A stretch of 64,000 bases of DNA, taken from Octopus vulgaris. Taxonomy: Eukaryota. The translations under genes were made by a program, and so were the position numbers. How positions within the stretch are numbered: the stretch's first letter is position 1; every line of letters starts with the position of its first letter. The stretch lies in assembly GCA_951406725.2 (NCBI GenBank), contig OX597815.1:196726001-196790000 (forward strand), in the 5' to 3' direction. The notes under the pieces are model-generated. The model was given only the letters and a program-made list of their open reading frames with translations. It had not been told where the DNA came from and ran no database searches. Positions 40,701 through 52,704 of the stretch are shown one piece after another.

Positions 40701-40910
40701 TTGATTTCATCGATGCCAGAGCACGAATAGTACTTATTTTATCGAACCCCAAAATAGAAAATAGGTAGTTGACCCCAGCGAAATCTGAACAGACAATGTT
40801 GAAGGGCAGAAGATATGTCGTTAATCAGTTTCTCTTATGGTCTAACCTTTCTGTCAGCTAGCTGCCTTAATGAGGATTTTGATAACAACAACAATAATAA
40901 TAACAATAAC

Positions 40911-40954
<44 letters not shown>

Positions 40955-41074
40955 AAGTTTGGTACTTATTTATCGGTTTCTTTTGCTAAACTCACCAACA
41001 CTGGTTGTCAAGTCTTGGTGGGAGACGTAGAGACACGCTCATAAACACACACACATACACACACACATACATAC

Positions 41075-41105
<31 letters not shown>

Positions 41106-41151
41106 CATACATACATACATACATACATACATACATACATACATACATACA

Positions 41152-41182
<31 letters not shown>

Positions 41183-42915
41183 GTATACAAAAGCCTTCTT
41201 TCATTTTCCGTATACCAAATCCGCTCACCAGACTTTGGCTGGCCTGATTCCTAAAAATACAGAGTTGATCGAAGTGGACGTGAAGAAAATAAAATGTCGT
41301 AATTTATCAGTAGCACACTGACTGAAATCGTAATTGTAGAGAAGAGTGTCTTGGACAGTAGGTTTCCAGTTTTTATTGCAGGATGGACCAATCGTTACCC
41401 TGTAACTGAGAGTTAGCCGTTGAGTCAACTGGGAAGTGGGCAATTAAATATATTTATCATGTTATTATGAAAGCAATCTGGTAAATGGACATCATTGTGT
41501 GTGCGCAAGTGTTTATGGACTATGGAATGTTAGTGTAGCAAAGGAAGTGTTTCTCAGTCCTACGGATCAAAGGGTTTCTGACCATATATGGAGAAATAGT
41601 TGTCTTACTGCGTTGGAATTTGACATAATTAGGTTAAGAGCTTCCCTGAGAGATATAGATGATGTACAAGACGGAGTTGAAGGAAACAAAAATTGCATAA
41701 TGTTCATTTACCTGAACATTATCCAATTAAAGTCGCATATGGATTTGCAACGTTGTAAAGGTATCCAATAGATTAGTCGAGAAAGAAAAAGGCTGTAAAG
41801 AAAATTTCTCTATAGTATAGAAAAGAAAACGTTTGGTGCCAGAAAAGCATTTAAGGATATTGATAGAACTAAACTGGAAGAGATAGAGAAAGAAAGAAAT
41901 CGAATCGCTCACCGTATGAAAACAAGTATTAAATCTGAATTCAACAACTGATAAAAGCAGCTAATACATCTGTGAAAAACATTATTTATGCTTGTAAGAC
42001 ATCAAAAGTGGAATTGTGGAGTGAAAATCCTGATAGAAGAGAACACAAAGAGAAAATAAAATTATCGAGATCTGATGCAAATTTATTGGAAAACAAACCA
42101 TATATCAGGTGAAATCTCAAGGGAAATATGCTGATTTAGAAAGAAAATTTCATATAAGAACTGTGTAACAATTGCACCGGAAAGGTAGAAACAGATGATT
42201 TTGATAAAAACATCAGAGAGCAGAAGACAGTTGCATAGAGTAAGCCTATATAAAATAAATGTACATTTTTAGTGTGGATCAGAAACGGATACATGAAGAC
42301 GAGAATGGGAATGTACGCAAATAAAATCATACGACTTGCAGAAGAACGTACGAATTTCTAGTTAGAAATTTAAGTCAAACAAAAGATTCTTAGTGCTAAA
42401 CTTGAATAATGAAAGATAATTAGAGGTGAAGCAAAAATCAATAAGCAGGAAAATTGAACGTTACAAGCGTGGTGGGAAAATTATGACAGAAAATTTCCCA
42501 ATATTAAACCTGGCAAAATGCTTCACGGAATTTCGTCCATCTTTACGTTCTGAGTTCAAATGCTGTCAGTGTCGATTTTGCTTTTCAGCCCTTTGAGGTT
42601 AGACAAATAAGTACTATTTGAATACTATGGCTGATGTAATCAACTTACTCCCTTCCCTCCAAATCTGCTAGCCTTGTGAAAACGAAAAAAAGAATGGAAA
42701 CTAATATTTGCAAACTGAATAAGGAATTGTGAGAATACGCTGCCTCCATGACTGAGAGGAGAAAGAATTAATGGCTGTGGTAGAAAACATTTGGCATGAA
42801 AAGGTCATATGGACTAGTGTTTAACTGCCAGCAGACAAATCGATACCGAATTATGGTTTGATAAGAACTTGGCAATGGCCTGGATTGATAAAAAAAAAGA
42901 ATCACTATAATTCCG

Positions 42916-43143
42916 TGCGAGCTGGCAGAAACGTTAGCACGCCGGGCGAAATGTGTAGCCGTATTTCGTCTGCCGTTACGTTCTGAGTTCAAATTCCGCC
43001 GAGGTTGACTTTGCCTTTCATCCTTTCGGGGTCGATGAATTAAGTACCAGTTACGCACTGGGGTCGATGGAATCGACTTAATCCGTTTGTCTGTCCTTGT
43101 TTGTCCCCTCTGTGTTTAGCCCCTTGTGGGTAGTAAAGAAATA
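42916..43143 (+). mobile_element. Meta-domain SINE monomer with TSD
   Basis: Flanked by TATAATTCCGT direct repeats. Confidence 0.88.
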
Positions 43144-43699
43144 TATAATTCCGTTCCTCACTGGAGGATAATTGCAATCCCAGGTACATTATTGGATGTA
43201 GCATGAAAAACAGAAAATGTAAATTTTCATCATAAAGTGATATACAAGCTGAAGTCTAAATACAATTGTTGTTGTCGTTCTTAACCCGAAAGTTTAAAAT
43301 ATTTAATCACTTCAACACAATTCTGTTACTGAATGCGTATTCAAATGTTCATTAGTTTCTTTTTCTTTTTTGTGGTGTATTTGCGTTTTTGTCTTGTCTT
43401 TTCATTTCTATTGTCAACCGAATATGTTGTTGTTGATGGAAGTAGGCTTTTGGGGGTGGAAATTGCCACAGTTTGAACAAGTACCAAATATGAAGACTGT
43501 AAGGATAAGCTTTTCTATTTCTGTTCCCATAGATCGAGGACAGTCGTTCATAGGTTTATATACTCGTCCTTGATAATCACGTCAAACTAATAAAATATTC
43601 ATTTTGTATTGCTTCAAATTCTTGTAAAGTCTCGTCTATCAGCAACAGCAGCAGCAACAACAACAACAGCAATAACAATAAAACAATAACAATAATTGC

Positions 43700-44600
43700 C
43701 GTGATGCAGTACAAGGCATTGGCTATCCTGACTTCTGATCTTAACTGATTGGAAGTGCTATCATGTACATTGACTTTTTTTGGTGTAAAAGATGGGCTAA
43801 AGCTAATATTCTGCCCAATACCACGAATTTGCTTGTCGATTGTTTGACTTTAACCAGTTAGCGTGTCTCTTGGTGGTTGACGATATGTGCATCTCTCATC
43901 ATGAGCTAAAGTAGTAGGGGAGCATCATAGCCATGTGCTGAGAGGGATTATTTAGGATGTGAATAATTCACCTCCGTAAACATGGGTGTTTCGTTCAAGA
44001 TCCTTAAACAACCCTTATTCAGGGACCTTTTGATCGGGATGGGGTTACTCGATCAGAAGAAAATTCTAGCTTGACACAACGCGGATACAAACGATGCGGT
44101 GACAATGTGACAAGAATGATCCATTGGGAGCTCTGTGGAAACCACGGCCTACAAAGAGCAAACACGTGGTATGAACAAACCCCCAGAAAGAGTCACCGAA
44201 AATGAGAAGTGTAAAATCCTGTGGGATGTAATGATCCAGTGCGATCACTTGACCAGACATAGGAAACCGGACATTGTTGTGGTGAATAAAAAAGAAAAGA
44301 ACATGTATGATAATCGACATAGCATGCCCCGGGGACAACAGGGTCAATGTGAAAGAAGAAAAATTAAACAACTAAGAAGATTTGAAGTGGGGAAATACGA
44401 AGGTTACGGTCAATGAAGAGAGTAGATGTGATACCAATAGTAATTGGTGCACTTGAAAGCATCAGCACTCAGCTTCCGGCATGGTTGAAAAATATTGGGG
44501 CGAGTGTGACGGTAGAACACCTAGAAAAATCAGCATTGCTTGGAACTGCAAGAATTCTATGCAGGGTTCTTGAAGCATGACCACTAAACAAGTGTCACCT
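43700..44600 (+). mobile_element. Non-coding repeat fused to the 3' end of an R4/Dong-like LINE (restriction-like endonuclease remnant)
   Basis: ENEKCKILWDVMIQCDHLTRHRKPDIVVVNKK..IIDIACPGD..VIPIVIGAL..KSALLGTARIL at 44070-44580 is the RLE PD..D signature; starts right after an (AAC/AAT)n tract. Confidence 0.8.
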
Positions 44601-44833
44601 TACATTATTTACATTTGACGGATATTTGTCCTCGTCTTGTTGTCCTAATCTCTGGCCATGAGCTAAAGTAGTGAGGGAGCATCACTAACCACAGTACTTA
44701 ATTGGTACTTGTTTTATTGTCTTCGGAAGGACGGAAAAACCTAAGTGAATTCGTAGGTATTTAAAGTTAGAAGTAAAGAGACAAACGAAATTGTAGATAG
44801 ACAAGCTGTTTGCAAGCTAGCTAGCTAGCTAGC

Positions 44834-44895
<62 letters not shown>

Positions 44896-45737
44896 CGAAT
44901 CAGTCTATATGTTAATATCAATCTATATACTGCTGTTTCTAAACGAAATATATTTTTAAGTGTTATATAGATACGCCACAATAAGAAATCTGATGATAGA
45001 AAATCGATCTTACTGAAAAGTTGTTTAAATGTATCTTTGCACTCGCAAAATGTAAACTAAAATGTAAAGATTTTGCTTATATAGTTCATTCATGCATATT
45101 GACAAACGAACCTCTACAAGAAATTTTAACAATTATTTGAGGTTTAGCATAGAGATAAACCCATCCTAAACTACGCTTAACAAATGGGAACCCTTTCTAA
45201 TTATAAAACATAGTGGATGAGTGCAAGCTTGACTGATTGACTCCGTTATGCGCAAGATTAAATTAAACAATAATGACACGCTGTCTAGAAGTCACCCAGG
45301 GGCGGCGTACATTACAGCAATAGTGAAGAAGAAGAGCGTGTTTTCTAAAATAAAATGGATATAATGAAAACAAGCACCAAATATTCCTAACAGAAAAAAG
45401 AGAAACTTCAAATATTAGTATGAGGAAAACAAATTAAATTATTACAGCAATATAACTTCAAAAGAAAAATGGAAATCTATATTTCTGTATAGATTTCCCC
45501 TACAAGTTAAACAGTATCATAAATCAGCTCTCTAGAAATCATTCCTGCTTAGTTGCCACCGCCTCGACGTATCCTGATAATTATGTTTTGTTCTGTTTTG
45601 TTAATTCTCCATGATGTAACTAATATACTAATCAAGTTAACCCAAAAGGCACTTTAAATGCACCAAATAGTTTCTTTAATAATACCATATATTTTCCAAA
45701 ATTTGTACTTTTTACTGCATACACTTTTACATATCTT

Positions 45738-46657
45738 TTTCTTTATTGCCTACAAGGGGCTAAACATAGAGGGGACACACAAGGACAGACATAGGTATTA
45801 AGTCGATTATATCGACCCCAGTGCGTAACTGGTACTTAATTTATCGACCCCGAAAGGATGAAAGGCAAAATCGACCTCGGCGGAATTTGAACTCAGAACG
45901 TAGCGGCAGACGAAATACCTATTTCTTTACTACCCACAAGGGGCTAAACACAGAGAGGACAAACAAGGACAGACAAACGGATTAAGTCGATTATATCGAC
46001 CCCAGTGCGTAACTGGTTCTTAATTTATCGACCCCGAAAGGATGAAAGGCAAAGGCGACCTCGGCGGAATTTGAGCTCAGAACGTAACGGCAGACGTAAT
46101 ACCTATTTCTTTATTACCCACAAGGGGCTAAACACAGAGGGGACAAACAAGGACAGACATGGGTATTAAGTCGATTACATCGACCCCAGTGCGTAACTGG
46201 TACTTAATTTATCGACCCCGAAAGGATGAAAGGCAAAGGCGACCTCGGCGGAATTTGAACTCAGAACGTAGCGGCAGACGAAATACCTATTTTCTTTACT
46301 ACCCACAAGGGGCTAAACATAGAGGGGACAAACAAGGACAGACATAGGTATTAAGTCGATTACATCGACCCCAGTGCGTAACTGGTACTTAATTTATCGA
46401 CCCCGAAAGGATGAAAGGTGAAGTCGACCTCGGCGGAATTTGAACTCAGAACGTAGCGGCAGACGAAATACCTATTTTCTTTACTACCCACAAGGGGCTA
46501 AACATAGAAGGGACAAACAAGGACAGACATAGGTATTAAGTCGATTACATCGACCCCAGTGCGTAACTGGTACTTAATTTATCGACCCCGAAAGGATGAA
46601 AGGTGAAGTCGACCTCGGCGGAATTTGAACCCAGAACGTAACGGCAGACGAAATACG
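45738..46657 (-). repeat. Tandem array of five about 184-bp Meta-domain SINE units, each truncated at the same internal site
   Basis: Tails at about 45740, 45921, 46105, 46290 and 46475; junction CGGCAGACGAAATACC|TATTTCTTTA repeated. Confidence 0.92.
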
Positions 46658-46854
46658 AATTTCTTTATTGCCCACCGGGGGCCAAACATAGATATGGACA
46701 GTACAACTGATGGGATCAGTGAATCGATATGATTTTACATAAATGTGACATCAAAAATAAAATACAATACATAAAAATCGAATGGAATACACAGTACAAA
46801 AACAATACAAATGAAGCGATGATCAAGTTACGCTCCGATCCCACAAGCCCCGAT

Positions 46855-49800
46855 CTACCGCTGATACCTTTTTATTTTTCCTTTTTTTTTTTCTTCCCCT
46901 CGTCTATTCCCACGGTTCCTTGCACGCACAACACTCGTGCAACATACTTCCATCTCTTTTGGAACGTACACTCTGACAGACACCTCTTCTCCAGCCACAG
47001 TTTCCTTTTCAAATGAAAAGAAAAAAGGATCGTAAATTGTCACCAGAGATAAAGTTGCCTGTCTTAATTCCTTTTATCCTGGTCTTCCATACAGCCTCTT
47101 TTGCTATTGCTACAACCGTGAGAAAACAATTCTTACCTTCGTTCGTTAGAACTCCCGGTGGGTCAATTTTTATAATTGACTCAGTCGACAGCAGTACTCG
47201 TCCTTCGCCGGACAACAGATGTTCAGCATAAGCCCACATTTCAGTTATCTCCAGACACTGAACAATAGCGTGAGGGACGGTTTCCCTGTCCCCCCGCATC
47301 TTGGACAGGTCGGCGACTGACGTTTACCATGTCTTGCGAGCTTATCCCAAACGGGCAAGACACCTCTGTAGCATTGCCAGGTTAAGGACTTTTGGAAGTT
47401 GTCCAACGTTCTCAACCCGAATGTACGATGAAACAAGCTGTCCAGTTGAATAAATCCGAGACCTAGAGTCGACCCCAGGCCATCGTCGCATTCAGACTCT
47501 ACCAACCCACTATATAAAATCCGTGTGGAACCCCCACCGCTGGCGTTGCCCGAGCGCCGGAACAGCAAGAGGGCCTTACGGCACTCTTTATGCCACTCAC
47601 TCGACCTCGGTCTACGAGAACACCAGGCTTCCTGTTCACAAAAACTCTTGAACTCAGGGAACATTTGTCTGGCCAGCGGAGACCACACCCGTTCACTATC
47701 CAGGAGAATCCAGAGGTGCCTCAACCTCAACGCATGTCTGCGCATCATTAACCAAGGCATCCCTAAACCTCCATTTAAAGGCTTTTGACAGCAGACAGAG
47801 CGTTTCACAAGTGGCAACCTGCCCTTCCACAAAAAGCGAAAGAGCTGTCTCTCCAACCTGATCAACCACGAATCCGGACAGGGCACGACGGTCAGGCGGT
47901 AGGTAATGACCGATGCGATAAACACATTGGCCACTTCCGCCCTCCCTTTCAGGGATAGCCACCGCCAAGACCAGGTCTTGACTACTGCAGCCACCCTGCT
48001 CAATACCTCCGTCCAGTTCTTCTCTATCTGGAGGCCTGGTCCAAACCAGACTCCCAGAAACTTAACCGGTCCCTCCGTCCAGCGCCTAACAACACTGTCT
48101 GAAGGCATCGACTTGCCAACCCAGGTGCCGAGCTGCTAGGTATCGATGGTCAACCCTATCAAAAGCTTTAGACTTGTCCAAATGCACCAATGCCCCACCT
48201 TTGCCAGATTTATTACCAAACCTCTCTATGGTATAGCGAATAAGATGGAGGGTATCCTGAATGGTTCTGCCTGGGATGGCACATGTCTGTGCCTCCCCGA
48301 CTATACCATTTGCGACACGCGCCAACCTTTTTGCTAGAACCTTGGCCAAAATCTTCACTTCTGCGTTTAACAGAGTGATGGGCCTGAAATTCTCTAGAAC
48401 GTCCCCCTTGTCCGGGTCCTTTCTGACCAACGTCACTACTCCCCGGCGCACAGATCTGGGGATAAACCCATTCTGTTTCCAGTTCGTGTACACGTCAGTC
48501 AGTAGTTGCCCGAACAAGTCTGGCATACATTTATACAGCTCGTACGGAAGACCATCAAGTCCCGGTGACTTACCCGCTTTACAATCGGCCAAAGCCTCCA
48601 TCACCTCCTCAGGTGTGATTGGCCCTTCGCAAGACTCCGCATCCGACCCCGAGAGGCACGGCAGCCCAGTAAGAAAGTCCTCGATGGCTCTCCCACCACC
48701 AGGACCGCCGTCACCCCCGAACAGCTGGGCGAAATACTCCCGAAAGACCTCACACATTTTCTCGGGTTCGTTTATCAAGACACCATTTTGATTCGTCAAA
48801 GACCGAATAGAGGAACTATTTCCTTGCCGAGCTTCCACCACTCGGGCCCATCCAGCGGCTTTGATTCCTTCACTTCCCATTGCACGTAACTTAGCTCTGG
48901 TAATACTTCCCATGTGGTGGGCTTCAAGATGCTGGTTTAACTCCAGTCTTTTCACCCTCGCTTGGTCTGTATTACCAGTCCTCCAGGCTTCTTCTAGTTC
49001 CTTAACTAGACCATCTCCTATTTTACGTCCCTTCTTAGCTAAACTTATGCTAAACCTAATAGACTCATATTTGATGGCTCTTTTAGGGCGTACCACCATT
49101 TGTTATTAATGATGGTACCTGTTAATGCCCTCTGTATTAACATCTTGATCGGCTTTCTGTACTCCTCAATCGCCAAAAGGGACGTATTGAGTTTCCAGTA
49201 GCCAGATCCCTGTCTATGCAACTTATCTACCGTCAGTTTACAGGTAACCATCTTGTGGTCACTGTAGCTGACTAGAAAAAACTGTGGACACTCAACTATG
49301 GACTTATCTTTTTCTCTAATTAAAATCCTATCTAGATATGTTCTGGTAGACCCGTCACTATTTAACTACATCCACTGTGGAGTATTCGGGTGCTCCAACC
49401 TATATGGATCTGCTAGCTGAAATTGACTTAGCAGATCCCGAAAGCCTGGGTTACATTTTCTGTTCATGTTCGAGTTTGAGCCAACACAATCTGTGTGTGC
49501 TGCACATATTGTATTAAAGTCTCCTAACACTACTAGTGAATGCGACGTGGCTAGGAACTTTCCTAGGCCACGAAAATATTCAGTTTGCGGGCCAATAATG
49601 TTTGGTGCGTAAATAGCGACCAGCCTGATTGTCTTGCCACAACTGAATGTCAAGTCGAGAACGACCAGCCTGCCTTCTGGGTCAGAAAAAACCAACTTTT
49701 TCTCGGCTACCCGGTTTCTTTTTAGTAGGACCAACACCCCACCCCCACCTCCCGCCCGACTCGGAGAAACGTATTTCTCGTAGCCGTTTAGGAGGGGGAG

Positions 49801-49944
49801 CAGATCTCTTGGCCCCTTCACCCGGGTTTCCGTTGCAACAATTACATCCAAATTTCTCGACCTGATGTCATTCAGAAAGCGTCCTTGCTTCCAGCTTGAC
49901 AACAGGCCATGAACATTTAAACAACCAATGTGAATAGCCATCAC
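46855..49944 (-). pseudogene. ORF2 (APE endonuclease, reverse transcriptase, zinc finger), disrupted
   Basis: IGCLNVHGL, ATETR, LGDFN, YLDRIL, SDHKMV (APE); KSPGLDGLP, FRPITLLN, DKSKAFDRVDH (RT); CPRCG..ETVPHAIVQC; in-frame stop at 49366, frameshifts near 49080, 47290 and 47010, RT core missing at about 48130. Confidence 0.92.
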
Positions 49945-52535
49945 TTACCTGTTTAATTAGGATTGTCCGGTGGAGGGGGACCCTCCACCTTTTTTGATCC
50001 AGGGTCGGAGGTGGACGGTCTTGGGAAATAGATTTGTCAAAATCCCGTCTCACCACCGACACAGAATTATCAGGTGGAGGGGGAATCTCCACCTTTTCCT
50101 TTTCTCGCGGGATCGGAGCTGGTAATCCATGAAATATCGACTTGTTAAAATCTAATCTCAATGAAGATACAGTCTTTCTGTACTTATTTTGTAGAATTCT
50201 ATAAGTCTTATTTGAGACTTCATATATGTCGTAATTGATAAATTCCTCTGAAAGGTTATCAATTTTTTTTACAGTCTTTATGAGTTGAATGTCTCTCATG
50301 AGCTCAGTATCTTTAGTGTATACGGCTATTATGCCTTTTTCTTCTTTTTTTCTTCTGGCAGTCTTTTTTGGTCGTTGTTCTGTAGTAGTCGCCGCTCTCG
50401 GCTGGGTTGCTGGTTGTATTTTTCTTTTGTTTGTTGTTTTTTCTCATCTGTTTCTTCTTTATCTTCTTCCTCTTTGTCTTTTTTCTCTTCTTCCTCCTCT
50501 TCTTCATTTTCCTTGCAGTTCCTTCGAATGTGGCCTAATTGACCACATAAAAAACATCGAGGTTTTCGGCCTTCAACAAACACCACGAGGTTCTCCTCCC
50601 CTACCTCAATTGTCTCAGGAATTGTTTGAATTATTTTAGGGTCCGCTTGAATGAGAAGATTAATTGTTTGACCATCCCAGCGTGGGTTTTCCGTAGCGGT
50701 AGCCTGGAGGAGAGTAATTTTTTCTACCTCTTTGATTAGGACTGCCGCCAACAACCACATAGGTTCGACCTCTGGCGGGACCCTTGTAATTTTTATTCGC
50801 GACGTCCTCATCCCCATATAATAGGGGATTAACTCCACGTCGTTCGTTTTCAACGTTTCAACTGAGTTCTTGTGTGCTATTTCTTTATTGGTGAACCTTA
50901 CTTCCACCGTTCCGAATTTTTTTCCTCTTCTCAGAAATACTACGTCGCCCAATATTGGCTTTAAGCACTTTTTCTATTTTCTCTTCTGACATTCTTTCAA
51001 TTTTTCTTTTTTGTAGACAATATGTTTTGAAAATTATTGTTTTTTGCTTTTCTTCCTGTAATAACTTTTGCGGAGTTTCAATTTTCACACCGTTGTCAGT
51101 TATTTCCATCATTTTGCTGTATTTCATAATTTTGCTTTTATTCGTCGACAGTATCTGGGTTCCACCCCCAGCAGCCAACGCAAAACTTTTTTTTCCATTT
51201 TTTGGTTCTATCTGGATGCTAGGCACATCAATTATTCTCTTCGACACAATGCCTTTGTTCTCTGGCAAAGTCGGAAACTCTTCTGGTGAAAGTTCTGACG
51301 AGCTTTCAGACACATCTCCAAAAATATCAAATATATTATCCTCTCTGCTATTCCTTCTTGTAGCGGGGGAAACCCCTATTTCCTTGTCTGTATTTGGCTC
51401 CTCGCCGGACATGTATTTCCTCCTCTCAACAGGAGAAACAAGTATTTCTGCTCCAACGGTAGGCTCCGTGCTACCACAAGCACTAAGTGTTTCTTCTTTA
51501 TCTTCTTCCTCTTTGTCTTTTTTCTCTTCTTCCTCCTCTTCTTCATTTTCCTTGCAGTTCCTTCGAATGTGGCCTAATTGACCACATAAAAAACATCGAG
51601 GTTTTCGGCCTTCAACAAACACCACGAGGTTCTCCTCCCCTACCTCAATTGTCTCAGGAATTGTTTGAATTATTTTAGGGTCCGCTTGAATGAGAAGATT
51701 AATTGTTTGACCATCCCAGCGTGGGTTTTCCGTAGCGGTAGCCTGGAGGAGAGTAATTTTTTCTACCTCTTTGATTAGGACTGCCGCCAACAACCACATA
51801 GGTTCGACCTCTGGCGGGACCCTTGTAATTTTTATTCGCGACGTCCTCATCCCCATATAATAGGGGATTAACTCCACGTCGTTCGTTTTCAACGTTTCAA
51901 CTGAGTTCTTGTGTGCTATTTCTTTATTGGTGAACCTTACTTCCACCGTTCCGAATTTTTTTCCTCTTCTCAGAAATACTACGTCGCCCAATATTGGCTT
52001 TAAGCACTTTTTCTATTTTCTCTTCTGACATTCTTTCAATTTTTCTTTTTTGTAGACAATATGTTTTGAAAATTATTGTTTTTTGCTTTTCTTCCTGTAA
52101 TAACTTTTGCGGAGTTTCAATTTTCACACCGTTGTCAGTTATTTCCATCATTTTGCTGTATTTCATAATTTTGCTTTTATTCGTCGACAGTATCTGGGTT
52201 CCACCCCCAGCAGCCAACGCAAAACTTTTTTTTCCATTTTTTGGTTCTATCTGGATGCTAGGCACATCAATTATTCTCTTCGACACAATGCCTTTGTTCT
52301 CTGGCAAAGTCGGAAACTCTTCTGGTGAAAGTTCTGACGAGCTTTCAGACACATCTCCAAAAATATCAAATATATTATCCTCTCTGCTATTCCTTCTTGT
52401 AGCGGGGGAAACCCCTATTTCCTTGTCTGTATTTGGCTCCTCGCCGGACATGTATTTCCTCCTCTCAACAGGAGAAACAAGTATTTCTGCTCCAACGGTA
52501 GGCTCCGTGCTACCACAAGCACTAAGTGTTTTCAA
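49868..52535 (-). pseudogene. ORF1 (zinc-knuckle nucleic-acid-binding protein) with 1039-bp internal tandem duplication and frameshifts
   Basis: CFLCGQLGHIRRNC (CX2CX4HX4C) present twice; pieces 51924-52535, 50885-51991, 50329-50952 and 49868-50299. Confidence 0.88.
50449..52531. repeat. Apparently identical 1039-bp tandem duplication
   Basis: 50449-51492 equals 51488-52531; translated ORFs identical; 5-bp TGTTT microhomology at the junction. Confidence 0.93.
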
Positions 52536-52640
52536 TTGAAAACTCCAACAGTTAAGTTATTCAACAGTTTAACAAGAAACAACAGTTGTTAACAATATTA
52601 ACACCACGAAACAGCAATTCTTACTTCACGAACATATGTG

Positions 52641-52704
52641 CGGCAGACGAAATACGGCTACGCATTTCGCCCGGCGTGCTAACGTTTCTGCCAGCTCGCT
52701 GCCT
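52641..52704 (-). mobile_element. Head of the host Meta-domain SINE, displaced about 6 kb by the LINE insertion
   Basis: CGGCAGACGAAATACGGCTACGCATTTCGCCCGGCGTGCTAACGTTTCTGCCAGCTCGCTGCC continues the unit interrupted at 46657. Confidence 0.92.

Larger units (their letters stand above)
46658..52640 (-). mobile_element. Tx1-clade (L1 group) non-LTR retrotransposon with both ends present and a 16-bp TSD
   Basis: ORF1 with CCHC knuckle, ORF2 with APE, RT and C-terminal CCHC; CGGCAGACGAAATACG at 46642-46657 and 52641-52656. Confidence 0.93.

Noticed and set aside
45738-46657. Regular repeats suggestive of a CRISPR-like array next to an RT/nuclease gene
   Set aside because: Units are contiguous SINE bodies with no unique spacers, and the context is eukaryotic
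50955-52539. Plus-strand ORFs of 208 and 181 aa
   Set aside because: Antisense shadows of LINE ORF1, duplicated with it, with no recognisable motif
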